Shown piece after piece: positions 1 to 11,714 of a stretch of 64,000 nt of DNA; position 1 is the stretch's first letter, and each line of letters opens with the position of its first letter. Location of the stretch: NCBI GenBank assembly GCA_030390025.1, contig CM059432.1:2170001-2234000 (forward strand), written 5' to 3'. Both the position numbers and the translations under genes were made by a program. The notes beneath the pieces were generated by a model. That model had not been told where the DNA came from, ran no database searches, and was given only the letters and a program-made list of their open reading frames with translations. This DNA comes from Squalus acanthias (lineage: Eukaryota).

Positions 1-87
1 TGATAAGCGGATGTCACGTTGCTGATGGAGAATTGAGACCAAGGAGACTATTGCGGTAAGACTGGACAATTGACTAGCTCACTGTAA

Positions 88-597
88 ATCACAGAATCAT
101 AGAAATTTACAGCACAGAAGGAGGCCATTCGGCCCATCGTGTCCGTGCCGACCGACAAAGAGCTCTCCAGCCTAATCCCACTTTCCAGCTCTTGGTCCGT
201 GGCCCTGCAGGTTACGGCACTTCAAGTGCATATCCAAGTACTTTTTAAATGCGATGAGGGTTTCTGCCTCTGCCACCCTTTCAGGCAGTGAGTTCCAGAC
301 CCCACCATCCTCTGGGTGAAGAAAGTTCTCCTCAACTCCTCTCTAATCCTTCTACCAATTACTTTAAATCTATGCCCCCTGGTTATTGGCCTCTCTGCTA
401 AGGGAAATAGGTCCTTCCTATCCACTCTATCTAGGCCCCCCATAATTTTATACACCGCAATTAAATCTCCTCTCAGCCTCCTCTGTTCCAAAGAAAACAG
501 CCCCAGCCTATCCAATCTTTCCTCACAGCTAAGATTCTCCAGTCCTGGCAGCATCCTCGTAAATCTCCTCTGTACCCTCTCTAGTGTAATCACATCT
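88..597 (-). mobile_element. CR1-type LINE, 5'-truncated 3' fragment
   Basis: ORF 222-593 LERVQRRFTRMLPGL..RLRGDLIAVYKIM..TRGHRFK is the CR1 ORF2 C-terminus; 3' UTR GGGCCGAATGGCC and short-repeat tail. Confidence 0.9.
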
Positions 598-734
598 TGT
601 CAAGTGAAACTGAGCTGTAACTCAGTGCTCCGAGAAGCTGGTCAAATCCTATAGTCCTATAACCACTGAGTAGTCACGATGCGTAGAACTTTTGAGATGT
701 TAAAAGGGTTTTCGTTTCAATTCTATGAAAGAAA

Positions 735-1216
735 ACGAAATAAAGACTTGCATTTCTACAGCGCCTTTCACGACCTCCGGACGTCCCAAAGCGCTTTACA
801 GCCAATGAAGTACTATTGAAGTGTAGTCACTGTTGTAATGTGAGAAACGCGGCACAGCAAGCTCCCACAAACAGCAATGTGATAATGACCAGATAATCTG
901 ATTTAGTGATGTTCATTGAGGGCGAATCGTTAGCCAGGACCAATGTTCCCCGTCAATATTTTTTTGGGGTGCGGGGCCCCTTTAAGGGGCCGCACGGCCC
1001 AGTGACGGTTCTGCGCATGCGCGAAACCTAACAGCGAAAAAGCCGGACCCGGGCAGCGTGGGATCGCCAAACGGCCGCACAGCTTTGTGGGAACGTTGGC
1101 CTGGACACCGCGGAGAACGGCCCCTGCTCTTCTTCGAAATAGTGCCCGTGGGATCTTTTACGTCCACCTGAGAGGGCAGACGGGGCCTCGGTTTAACGTC
1201 TCGTCTGAAAGACGGA
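735..1216 (-). mobile_element. DeuSINE (SacSINE1/AmnSINE1-like), partial, interrupted by a MITE
   Basis: Matches core and tail of the full-length copies at 2325 and 61121. Confidence 0.85.
941..1098. mobile_element. hAT-like MITE
   Basis: TIRs CAATGTTCCC / GGGAACGTTG; 8-bp TSD GCCAGGAC (933-940) / GCCTGGAC (1099-1106); host SINE resumes after it. Confidence 0.8.
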
Positions 1217-1517
1217 TTTATATGTAATTTTTAAAAAATGTTTGAAAACACAAATGCCTTCCACCAATGAATGCGTTCAGCTCAAGGTCACCTACTTTTT
1301 GCATCTATCTATTCTTGCTGTCAATTTAAAATTACAGGCTATTCCCAATTCTCTCAGATTTCTAAATACACATGCCATCACCTGTTAGTGTTGACACACT
1401 TAGTTTCTCTGCCATCTGTGAGATCAGAAGGATCTTCCCCATTAACTGGAGAGAAACTGGAATTATCAGGAAGGCACACCTGACTGGCCATGAGGTCACT
1501 TCTGTCAACGGCTCTTT

Positions 1518-2020
1518 ACAACAACAACTTGTATTTATACAGCGTCCTTAACGTAGTAAAACGTCCCAAGGCGCTTCACAGGAGCGATTATCAAACTAAA
1601 TTTAACACTAAGTCACATCAAAAGCTCAATCAAAGAGGAAGGTTTTAAGGAGGGTCTTAATGGACGTAGAGAGAGGCGGAGCGGTTTAGGGACGGAATTC
1701 CAGAGCTCAGGGCCCAGGCAGCTGAAGACACGGCCACCAATGGTTGAGCGATTAAAATCGGGGATGCTCAAGAGGGCAGAATTAGAGGAGCGCAGAAATC
1801 TCGGGGGGTTGTGGGGCTGGAGGAGATTACAGAGATAGGAAGGGGCGAGGCCATGGAGGGATTTGAAAACAAGGATGAGAATTTTAAAATCGAGGCGCTG
1901 CTTAACCGGGAGCCAATGTAGGTCAGCGAGCCCAGGTGAACGGGACTTGGTGCGAGTTAGGACACGGGCAGCCAAGTTTTGGATGACCTCAAGTTTACGG
2001 AGGGTGGAATGTGGGAGGCA
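1518..2020 (-). mobile_element. L2-type LINE 3' fragment
   Basis: LHWLPVKQRLDFKILILVFKSLHGLAPSYL..GGRVFSCLGPELWNS; (TTG)n tail. Confidence 0.9.
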
Positions 2021-2324
2021 CAAGAGCAAATGCTCAAGACATGCACTAGTTTTGCTTCCTCCTCCTTCTCCCGTGGGTATTCCTGGTGGGCAGTCTTGGC
2101 AAATCTGGTACACTTACATTGGAATTACACAAGACCAGTGTAGTGATAACCAGTGGCACAAGGTCATTACAGAAGCAGCTTCAAACCATTGCTCATTAAC
2201 AGCCCTTGAACAACAACCAACATTTCACCTGTGCAACGCTAATCTATACACAATGTTGGTTCCAGATTATTAGCAGTAAGACAAGTACAGGTAAAACAAT
2301 CATTTGTCAGGTAAAACAATCGCA

Positions 2325-2774
2325 GTGTCAGCCGTGGCTCAGTGGGTAGCACCCTTGCCTTCTGAGTCAGGAGGTTGTAGGGTTCAAGTCCCACTCCAAG
2401 AGACTTGAGCACAAAGATCTAGGCTGACACTCCCAGTGCAGTGCTGAGGGAGTGCGGTGCAGTCGTTTGGATGATCCGTTAAACTGAAGCCCCGTCTGCC
2501 CTCTCAGGTGGACGTAAAAGATCCCATGGCACTATTTTGAAGAAGAGCAGGGGAGTTATCCCCAGTGTTGTGGCTTATATTTATCCCTCAATCAACATCA
2601 CTAAAAACAGATGATCTGGTCATTATCACAATGCTGTTTGTGGGAGCTTGCTGTGCGCAAATTGGCTGCTGCACTTCCTACATTACAACAGTGACTACAC
2701 TTCAAAAAAAAGTACTTATTCGGCTGTAAAGCACTTTGGGATGTCCGGTGGTCTTGAAGGGAACTATTTAAATG
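2325..2774 (+). mobile_element. Full-length tRNA-derived DeuSINE
   Basis: A box TGGCTCAGTGGG, B box GGTTCAAGTCC, head closed by GTGTCAGCC..GGCTGACAC, conserved core, L2-like tail that resumes at 3766. Confidence 0.9.
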
Positions 2775-3765
2775 TGAGGTATTACATTTTGGTAGGATGC
2801 GGAGATGCCGGTGTTGGACTGGAGTGGACAAAAATGAGAAGTCGCACAACACCAGATTATAGTCCAACAGATTTATTTAAAATTACAAGCTTTCGGAGCT
2901 ATCGCCCCTTCCTCAGGTAAAGTTACGTAACTTTACCTGAGGGAGGGGCGATAGCTCCGAAAGCTTGTAATTTTAAATAAATCTGTTGGACTATAACCTG
3001 GTGTTGTGCGACTTCTCATTTTGGTAGGAAGAATAGGGAGGTCACTTATCACTTGGAGGATGCGAGTCTAGATGGGGTAGAGGAACAAAGGGATCTCGGA
3101 GTACAAATACACAATAATCACTAAAAGTTGCGACACAGGTTAGCAAGGCCATAAAAAAAAAGCAAACCAAGCACTAGGGTTTATTTCTAAAGGTATAGAA
3201 TTGAAAAGTAGGGAAGTTATGCTAAACCTGTATCAAACCACACTTAAGAGTGCTGTGTGCAGTTCTGGTCGCCATATTATAAAAAGGATATAGAGGCACT
3301 GGAAAAGGTGCAGAGAAGGTTTACAAGGATGATACCAGAAATGCGAGGGTATACATATCAGGAAAGGATGAACAGGCTGGGTCTCTTTTCTCTTGTAAAA
3401 TTATGAAAGGTTTTGAGAGAGTGGATACAGAGAGAATGTTTCCACTTGTGGGGAAGAGCATAACTAGAGGCCATCAATATAAGATAGTCACCAAGAAATC
3501 CAATAGGGAATTCAGAAGAAACTTCTTTACCCAGAGAGTGGTGAGAATGTGGAACTCGCTACCACAGGGAGTGGTTGAGGCAAATAGTATGGACGCATTT
3601 AAGGGGAGGCTGGACAAGTATATGAGGGAGAAGGGAATCGAGGGTTATGCTGATAGATTTAGATGAGGAAAGACGGGAGGAGGTTCGAGTGGAGCATAAA
3701 CGCCGGCATGGACTGGTTGGGCCGAATGGCCTGTTTCCGTGCCGTATATCCGATGTAATCCTATG
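2775..3765 (+). mobile_element. CR1-type LINE 3' fragment inserted in a SINE tail
   Basis: ORF 3403-3666 (RRNFFTQRVVRMWNSLP); TAAATG duplicated at 2769-2774 and 3766-3771. Confidence 0.9.
2798..3016. mobile_element. Penelope-like pLTR fold-back insertion (family 1)
   Basis: 96-bp arms 2831-2926 / 2927-3022 with 2 mismatches; TSD CATTTTGGTAGGA at 2785-2797 and 3017-3029; hammerhead-like motif. Confidence 0.75.
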
Positions 3766-4313
3766 TAAATGCAAGTCTTCCTTTATTTCCAAACTGCCCA
3801 AGACAGACGTGGGACCACTGCTTTCCTGACTTCATAAAAATTCACACCAATACGCAAGATTAGGGGTAACGGATAATCCAGGTTTCACTCCAAATGCTTT
3901 CCTAATTAAAACATTTCAACATGCTCATTAGCACAGCAGCAATACAAATAGTTGGGACCTGCTTTCATTTATCCAACAATATTAGCTCCAGGGTGAGTCA
4001 CCTGGGTTATTCTGCATGGGTAGTTTCCCCACATGGAGGCAATGTACCTCATCCATTGTAAGGTGCGGACTAACATGGCAAGTGGACAAGAGCCACCTCC
4101 CAGGAGAGACAAGGATAGAAAGATTAGGAGAGCAAGTCAGCTTAGCTCACTCATGCGAGTCTCTTAATAGCAGGTTACAAAGCAGACCGCCTCTCAATAT
4201 CCTCAGTTAGGTTGTTAACAGTGGAAGGATGAGGGAGGGGCAAAAAAAAGAGGGGGGGGGGAAAGTGCCAATATCCCCAATCTTGGCACTTGTGATTTGA
4301 CTGTAGGGTCTTA

Positions 4314-4848
4314 CAACATAAGAATTAGGAGCAGGAGTCGGCCATTCGGCCCCTCAAGCCTGCTCCGCCATTCAATAAGATCATGGCTGATCTTCGACCT
4401 CAACTCCACTTTCCTGCCCGATCCCCACAGAGTCAAAAAATCTATCGATCTCAGCCCTGAATATACTCAACGATTCAGCAACCACAGCCCTCGGGGGCAG
4501 AGAATTCCAAAGATTCACAACCCTCTGAGTGAAGAAATTCCTCCTCATCTCGGTCTTAAATGGCCGACCCCTTATCCTGAGACTATGCCTCCTAGTTCTA
4601 GACTCTCCAACCAGGGGAAACAACCTCTCAGCATCTACTCTGTCAATCCCTCTCAGAATCTTCTATGTTTCAATGAGATCACCTCTCATTCTTCTAAACT
4701 CCAGAGAGTATAGGCATCATCTACTCAAGCTCTCCTCATAGGACAACCCTCTCATCCCAGGGATCAATCTAGTGAACCTTCGTTGCTCTAAGGCAAGTAT
4801 GTCCTTCCTCCGATAAGGAGACCAAAACTGTGCCCAGTACTCCTGGTG
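4314..4848 (-). mobile_element. CR1-type LINE 3' fragment
   Basis: MFPLVGESRTRRHSLRIRGRPFKTEMRRNFFTQRVVNLWNSLP. Confidence 0.9.
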
Positions 4849-4974
4849 CGAGAGGTAACCTATTTTTTCTGCCACTGTGAATCCCACTCTCAAAGCATTT
4901 CCCAACTTTTGGCCACATCATTCAGCATCAATGGGAAAAAAAACCATAACTAAAATATAGTTTACTTCTCAATT

Positions 4975-5378
4975 ACTCCTTAGAGCAGAGAAGGTCAAGG
5001 GGAAATTTAATAGAGGTGTGCAAAATCATGAAGCGATTTGATGGAGTAAATAAGGAGAAACTGTTTCCACTGGCAGGAGGGTCGGTAACCAGAGGACACA
5101 GATTGAAAGTAATTGGCAAAAAAAAACAGAGGGGGAGATGAGGAGAATTTTTTTTATGCAGCGAGTTGTTGTGATCTGGAATGCGCTGCCTGAAAGGGCG
5201 GTGGAAGCAGATTCAATAGTAACTTTCAAAGGGGAATTGGATAAATATTTGAAAAGGAGAAATTTGCAGGGCTGTGGGGAAAGGGCAGGGGGGAGTGGGA
5301 CTAATTGGAGAGCTCTTTCAAAGAGCCGGCACAGGCACGATGGGCCGAATGGCCTCCTCCTGCGCTGTGAGATTCTAT
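4975..5378 (+). mobile_element. CR1-type LINE 3' fragment
   Basis: RRIFFMQRVVVIWNALPERAVEADS; CR1 3' UTR. Confidence 0.88.
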
Positions 5379-5594
5379 TTAAAGTCACTTGATTCAAATG
5401 ATCTGATTATTTGATTTTCCCATGTTATTTGCGTGGCTACTTCTAACTAATGGATAATTTGAATGGTCTGTATCATCAAGAACAAAAGAAACAACTCGGA
5501 GTTGTGAAGAGTAGGCTCGACGCGCACAAGGTAGTCGTCATTCAAACCCACCCCGATAAAACCAAGAATGGTTTCTTTCATAGAGTCAGCTCAG

Positions 5595-5735
5595 CGGCCT
5601 GGGCCCTAAGCTCTGGAATTCCCTCCCTAAACCTCTCTGCCTCTTCTCCTTATGTGTCTCGGTGTTTGATAATCGCTCCCGTGAAGCGCCTTGGGATGTT
5701 CTATCATGTTAAAGGCGCTGTATACATCATCGTCA
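5595..5735 (+). mobile_element. L2 3' remnant with internal deletion
   Basis: GGGCCCTAAGCTCTGGAATTCCCTCCC..GTGAAGCGCCTTGGG..AAAGGCGCT. Confidence 0.75.
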
Positions 5736-5737
5736 AG

Positions 5738-6628
5738 TTACATCGAGTCTACAGCACAGAAACAGGCCATTCGGCCCAACTGGTCCGTGCCGGTGTTTCT
5801 GCTCCACATGAGCAGGAGTCCCACCCCTCTCCATCTCACCCCATCAGCATATCCTTCTATTCCTTTCTCCCTCATGTGTTTATCCAGCTTCCCCTTAAAT
5901 GCATCGATACTATTCACTTCAACCACTCCCTGTGGTAGCGAGTTCCACATTCTCACCACTCTCTGGGTAAAGAAGTTTCTTCTGAATTCCCTATTGGATT
6001 TATTAGTGACTATCGTATATTTATGACCTCTAGTTTTGGATTGCCCCACAAGTGGAAACGTTTTAAGAACATAAGAATTAGGAGCAGGAGTCGGCCATAC
6101 GGCCCCTCGAGCCCGCTCCACCATTCAATAAGATCATCTTCGACCTCAACTCCACTTTCCTGCACTATCCCCATATCCCTTGATTCCCCTAGAGTCCAAA
6201 AATCTATCGATCTCAGCCTTGAATATACTCAACGACTGAGAATCTCCCCTATACTATTCGCCTCAACCACTCCCTGTAGTAGCGAGTTCCACATTCTCAC
6301 CTCTCTCTGGGTAAAGAAGTTTCTCCTGAATTCCCCATTGGATTTATCAGTGACTGTCTTATATTGATGGGCCTCTAGCTTTGGTCTTCCCCACAAATGG
6401 AAACATTTTCTCTACCGATACATTTTTGGGCACGAAGGGAATCAAGGGATATGGGGATAGGGCGGGAAAGTGGAGTTGAGGTCGAAGTTCAGCCGTGTGG
6501 ATGGGCAATAAATGCTGGCCTTGCCAGCGACGCCCACATCCCATAAACAAACAAAAAATGATCTTATTAAATGGCGGAGCAGGCTCGAGGGGCCGAATAG
6601 CCGACTCCTGCTCCTAATTCTTATGTTC
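5738..6628. mobile_element. Mosaic of CR1 3' ends (two subfamilies, both strands) plus a short LINE tail at 6498-6557
   Basis: Alternating segments match other CR1 copies; GGGCAATAAATGCTGGCCTTGCCAGCGACGCCCACATCCC interrupts a CR1 UTR. Confidence 0.8.
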
Positions 6629-6794
6629 TGAGGTAAACCCTTTCATTACCTTAAAGACATCTATCAGGTCACCGCTCCGGCCTTCTGCCCGCCCCCCCAC
6701 CCCTCACCCCCGGTAACATTCTAATGCAAGGACCAAAACGTGAAATGATTAAAAAATTTAAGACGTCAAGATACAAGGAAATAAAAGGTGTAGG

Positions 6795-6922
6795 AGACAG
6801 ATACAACCAGACAGATACAACCAGACAGATACAACCAGACAGATACAACCAGACAGATACAACCAGACAGATACAACCAGACAGATACAACCAGACAGAT
6901 ACAACCAGACAGATACAACCAG
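6795..6922 (+). repeat. Minisatellite (AGACAGATACAACC) x9
   Basis: Perfect 14-bp tandem units. Confidence 0.97.
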
Positions 6923-6925
6923 CCC

Positions 6926-7400
6926 AATACAAAAGCAAAATACTGCAGAGGCTGGAAAACTGAAATACAAACAGAAAATGCTGGAGACACTCAGCAGGTC
7001 AGGCAGCATCGTGGAGAGAGAAACAGAGTTAACGTTTCTGGTCGGTGACCCTTCGTCAGAACTGGAAAAAGTTGAAGATGGAACAGGTTTTTAAGCAAGT
7101 GTAGGGGCAGGGAAAGGGGGGGGAGGGGAGGAAAGAACAAAAAGGAAGGTCTGTGATAGGGTGGAGGGCAGGAGAGATTAAATGACAAAAGGGATGATGG
7201 TGCAATGGGCAAAGGAGATGGTAATGGGACAAGTTAAGAAACAAAAGATGGGTCAATGGGAATAGCACAATCAGCACCTGCTGTCCGAAAAAATGGGGGC
7301 AGAGGTTATGATGTGAAATTGTTGAACTCAATGTTGAGTCCAGAAGGTTGTAAAGTGCCTAATTGAAAGATGAGGTGCCATTCCTCGAGCTTACGTCGAG
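6926..7400 (-). mobile_element. Penelope-like element 3' end (family 2): endonuclease C-terminus and pLTR
   Basis: Minus frame 7398-7306 reads RRKLEEWHLIFQLGTLQPSGLNIEFNNFTS*, resembling the PLE GIY-YIG C-terminal motif, then a pyrimidine-rich UTR and hammerhead motif. Confidence 0.8.
7027..7063 (-). ncRNA. Minimal hammerhead ribozyme motif
   Basis: AGUU-CUGACGA-A-GGGUC acc GACCA-GAAA-CG-UU-AACU. Confidence 0.6.
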
Positions 7401-7642
7401 AACCAACCGTTTGGCTCTTAGATGTTACGTCCTCTGCTTGACTTGTTGCCTCCATTCTGTTCCAAGACATCATGTGTGAGCCCACTCTGCCTTATCAATG
7501 GCTATGACCTTTAGGCTGCCTTATCTCACCTTACAGATCTTGGTCTGTTGGGGGGTGGGTGGGAACCTGCTGTTATTGAGAGTTCTGTGCAGTTCATCAC
7601 TGCTAAAGACAAATGAAGTTGTTTTTTTAAATGGGCTCTTTG

Positions 7643-8120
7643 AAAGAAAGACTTGCATTTCTACAGCGCCTTTCAGGACTACCGGACGTCCCAAAGCGCT
7701 TTACAGCCAATGAAGTACTTTTTGAAGTGTAGTCACTGTTGTAATGTAGGAAATGTGGCAGCCAATTTGTGCACAGCAAGCTCCCACAAACAGCAATGTG
7801 ATAATGACCAGATCATCTGTTTTAGTGATGTTGATTGAGGGATAAATATTGGCCCCAGGACACCGGGGAGAACTCCCCTGCTCTTCCTCGAAATAGTGGC
7901 CGTGGGATCTTTTGCGTTCACCTGAGAGAGCAGACAGGGCCTCGGTTTAACGTCTCATCCGAAAGGCGGCACCTGCGACAGTGCAGCACTCCCTCAGTAC
8001 TGCACTAGGAGTGTCACCCTTGATTTTTGTGCTCTAGTCTCTGGAGTGGGACTTGAACCCACAACCTTCTGACTCAGAGGCGAGAGAGAGAGTGCGACCC
8101 AGTGAGCCACAGTTGACAGT
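7643..8120 (-). mobile_element. Full-length DeuSINE
   Basis: Reverse complement of head, core and tail. Confidence 0.9.
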
Positions 8121-8498
8121 GTGCTGGTCTTTGTACATGGGGTGTGTGTGGGGGTGGGGGGAGCGGAGGTGGTTGAAGGTGGACTGACACTAAGGGAGAG
8201 GGAAAAAAAACCAAACTCTCTGCTGCCGCCTGACCTGAAGCACTCGTACATGTGCTGATTGCAGCACGGAGCACAAATCAATTCATACTGAGCAGCTTCA
8301 ATTCACGGAGGACAATGATAGCATTGTTCAATCATATCAAAAGCACAGCAAAAAAACACAATACAGCCTTCCAATGCTCGGCTTTCTCAGAATACAGTTA
8401 CAACAAAAGAGATGCTTGTTATGTGCTTCAGTTCCACTCCCCACACACACACTGATCCTTCTCTCAATACACGCAGGGCTGGTATAGAATGGTTTCAA

Positions 8499-8770
8499 TA
8501 CACACACACACACACACACACTACATACACACACACACTACATACACACACACTACACACGTGTTACATACAGACAGACACACATACACGCAAACAGACA
8601 CACACAAACACAGACACACAGACAGACACACACACACAGACAGACACACACTAACTCACAAACACACTTACACATACACACACTCACTCACACACACAGA
8701 AACACACACTCACACACTCACTCACACACTCTCACATACACATACACACTCGCACTCACACACACGCACT

Positions 8771-8803
<33 letters not shown>

Positions 8804-9194
8804 ACACACACACACTCACACTGACACTCACACACACACACTCACACACACACACACACACTCACACTCACACTGACACTCACACACACACACACTCACT
8901 CACACACACTCATACACACAGTGACACACACACACACTCACACATACACACACACACTCACACTGACACTCACACACACACACTCACTTACACACACACT
9001 CACTCACACACACACTCACACTCACACACTTACACACTCACACACACTCACTCACACTCACTCACACACATACACTCACTCACTCACACTCACACACACA
9101 CTCACTCACACTCACTCACACACATACACTCACTCACTCACACTCACACACACTCACACTCACTCACTCACACTCACCCTCACTCACACTCACT
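8499..9194 (+). repeat. Complex (CA)n/(CACT)n microsatellite
   Basis: About 700 bp of CA-rich low-complexity sequence. Confidence 0.97.
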
Positions 9195-9549
9195 GTAACA
9201 GTTTACACTCACGGAGTTTCTCAGGAGCACGGTTACTGTGAGTTTGCGATGTTATCGGGCCCTCAGCACCTACTGTCCAGCAGGTTTCTGAGCATCACAT
9301 GGTGATCACTAAAGACTTTTTGTCCTGTTTTCCTAACATCTTTCCAAGTGAAACTATCAATCACAATCCCACCGAGATTTGGCATTTTGTGAATCTACAC
9401 ATTCACTCGTCAAATCGACATTTTGCAGCCCAGGCTCCATCTCTGCCTGAACTTTCTCAGCTCTCACCGTATCTCACCGCTTCCCAATAACCCGATTTAA
9501 CAAGTTTGTGAAACCAAATGAATGCTCAAAAATGACTTGTAACTCAGAA

Positions 9550-9997
9550 CAGACTTGCATTTCTACAGCGCTTTTAACAACCTCAGGACGTCCCAAAGCC
9601 CTTTAAAGGCAATGAAGTACTTTTTGAAGTGTAGTCACTGTTGTAATGTAGGAAACGCGGCAGCCAATTTGCGCACAGCAAGCTCCCACAAACAGCAATG
9701 TGATAATGGCCAGATAATCTGTTTTAGTGATGTTGATTGAGGGATAAATATTGGCCAAGACACCGGGGAGAACTTCCCTGCTCTTCTTTGAAATAGTGCC
9801 ATGGGATCTTTTACATCCACCTGAGAGAGCAGATGGGGCCTCGGTTTAACGTCTCATCTGAAAGACGGCACCTCCGACAGTGCAGCGCTCCCTCAGCACC
9901 GCACTGGAGTGTCAGCCTAGATTTTTGAGCTCAAGTCTCTGGAGTGGGACTTGAACCCACAACCTTCTGACTCAGAGGCGAGAGTGCTACCCACTGA
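9550..9997 (-). mobile_element. Near full-length DeuSINE
   Basis: Same family as 2325. Confidence 0.9.
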
Positions 9998-10096
9998 ACA
10001 GGATAATGATGTAGGGGAGAAAAAGGATACATTACAAAAAAAAACACTTACTTTATATAAAAACAGAATCCACTGAAGATTTAGTAGGCAAGCATT

Positions 10097-10532
10097 CATA
10101 TGAACATAAGAATTAGGAGCAGGAGTCGGCCATACGGCCCCTCGAGCCTGCTCCGCCATTCAATAAGATCATGTCTGATCTTTGACCTCAACTCCACTTT
10201 CCCGCCCGACCTCCATATCCCTTGATTCCCCTGGAGTCTAAAAATCTATCGATCTCAGCCTTGAATATACTCAACGACTGAGAATCCACAGCCCTCTGGA
10301 GTAGAGAATTCCAAAGATTCACAACCCTCTGAGTGAAGAAATTCCTCCTCATCTCGATTTTAAATGTCCGACCCCTTATCCTGAGACTATGCCCCCTAGT
10401 TCTAGACTCTCCAGCCAGGGGAAACAACCTCTCAGCATCTACCCTGTCAATCCCCTTCAGAATCTTAGACGTTTCAATGAGATCACCTCTCATTCTTCTA
10501 AACTCCAATAGGCCCAACCTACACAATCTCCT
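10097..10532 (-). mobile_element. CR1-type LINE 3' fragment
   Basis: ORF 10188-10526 RRMRGDLIETSKILKG..WNSLL. Confidence 0.9.
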
Positions 10533-10536
10533 AGTA

Positions 10537-11030
10537 GGATGAGTGCAGCTCCAACAACACTCAAGAAGCTCAACACCATCCAGGACAAAGCAGCCCGCTT
10601 GATTGGCACCCCCTCTAGCACCTTAAATATTCACTCCCTCCACCACCGGCGTACCGTGGCTGCAGTGTGTACCATCTACAAGATGCACTGCAGCAACTCG
10701 TCAAGGCTTCTTCGGCAGCACCTCCCAAACCAGCGACCTCTTCCACCTAGAAGGACAAGGGCAGCAGGCGCATGGGAACACCATCACCTCCAATTTCCCC
10801 TCCAAGTCACACACCATCCTGACTTGGAAATATATCGGCTGTTCCTTCATCGTCACTGGGTCGAAATCCTGGAACTCCCTCCCTAACAGCACTGTGGGAG
10901 CACCTTCACCACACGGACTGCAGCGGTTCAAGAAGGCGGCTCACCACCACCTTCTCAAGGGGCAACTAGGGATGGGCAATAAATGCTGGCCTTGCCAGCG
11001 ACGCCCACACCCCAGGAACAAATATTTTTT
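10537..11030 (+). mobile_element. Third LINE family 3' fragment (CR1 group; Crack/Daphne/Zenon-like, clade uncertain)
   Basis: LKKLNTIQDKAARLIG..HSLHHRRTVAAVCTIYKMH, later WNSLP; distinct tail; other copies at 37175 and 43165. Confidence 0.75.
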
Positions 11031-11236
11031 AAAAATCTGACTGAGCACTGCCCCAGCTTTGATGCCTGGGTTGAATGTGTCAGCTGGGAGGTGGTCAGTG
11101 CCGTACAATTGACACTGATGATGTTGAGTTCACTGATCTCTGATGGAATAACATTTGGGGGGGTCTGCAATTCACAGCGCTCCTGAGCTGGGAAATGGGA
11201 GGGGGGGGGGGAGTGTGGTGGGATTCATCCAGGATA

Positions 11237-11643
11237 TGTATTCCCTAGAACTTAGAAGGTTAAGGGGTGATTTTATCGAAGTTTTCAAGATATTAAGGGG
11301 AACAGATAGGGTAGACAGAGAGAAACTATTTCCACTGGTTGGGGAGTCTAGGACTAGGGGGCATAGTCTAAAAATTAGAGCCAGACCTTTCAGGAGTGAA
11401 ATTAGGAAACACTTCTACACACAAAGGGTGGTGGAAGTTTGGAACTCTCTTCCGCAAACCACAATTGATGCGAGGTCAATCGTTAATTTTAAAATATGAG
11501 ATTGATAGATTTTTGTTAACCAAAGGTATTAAGGGAGATGGGGCAAAGGTATATGGAGTTGGGTCACAGATCAGCCATGATCTCATTGAATGGCGGAATA
11601 GGCTCGAGGGGCTAAATGGCCTCCTCCTGTTCCTATGTTCCTA
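11237..11643 (+). mobile_element. CR1-type LINE 3' fragment
   Basis: YSLELRRLRGDFIEVFKIL..RKHFYTQRVVEVWNSLP. Confidence 0.9.
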
Positions 11644-11714
11644 TTTCCACTCCTCACCAGAATGCCCTTCTGGGACCCGTGAAATTGTATCTTAGTTGGA
11701 ACTGTTCGGAACAG

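Noticed and set aside
8489..9241. His/Thr-rich ORFs
   Set aside because: Translation of a CA microsatellite
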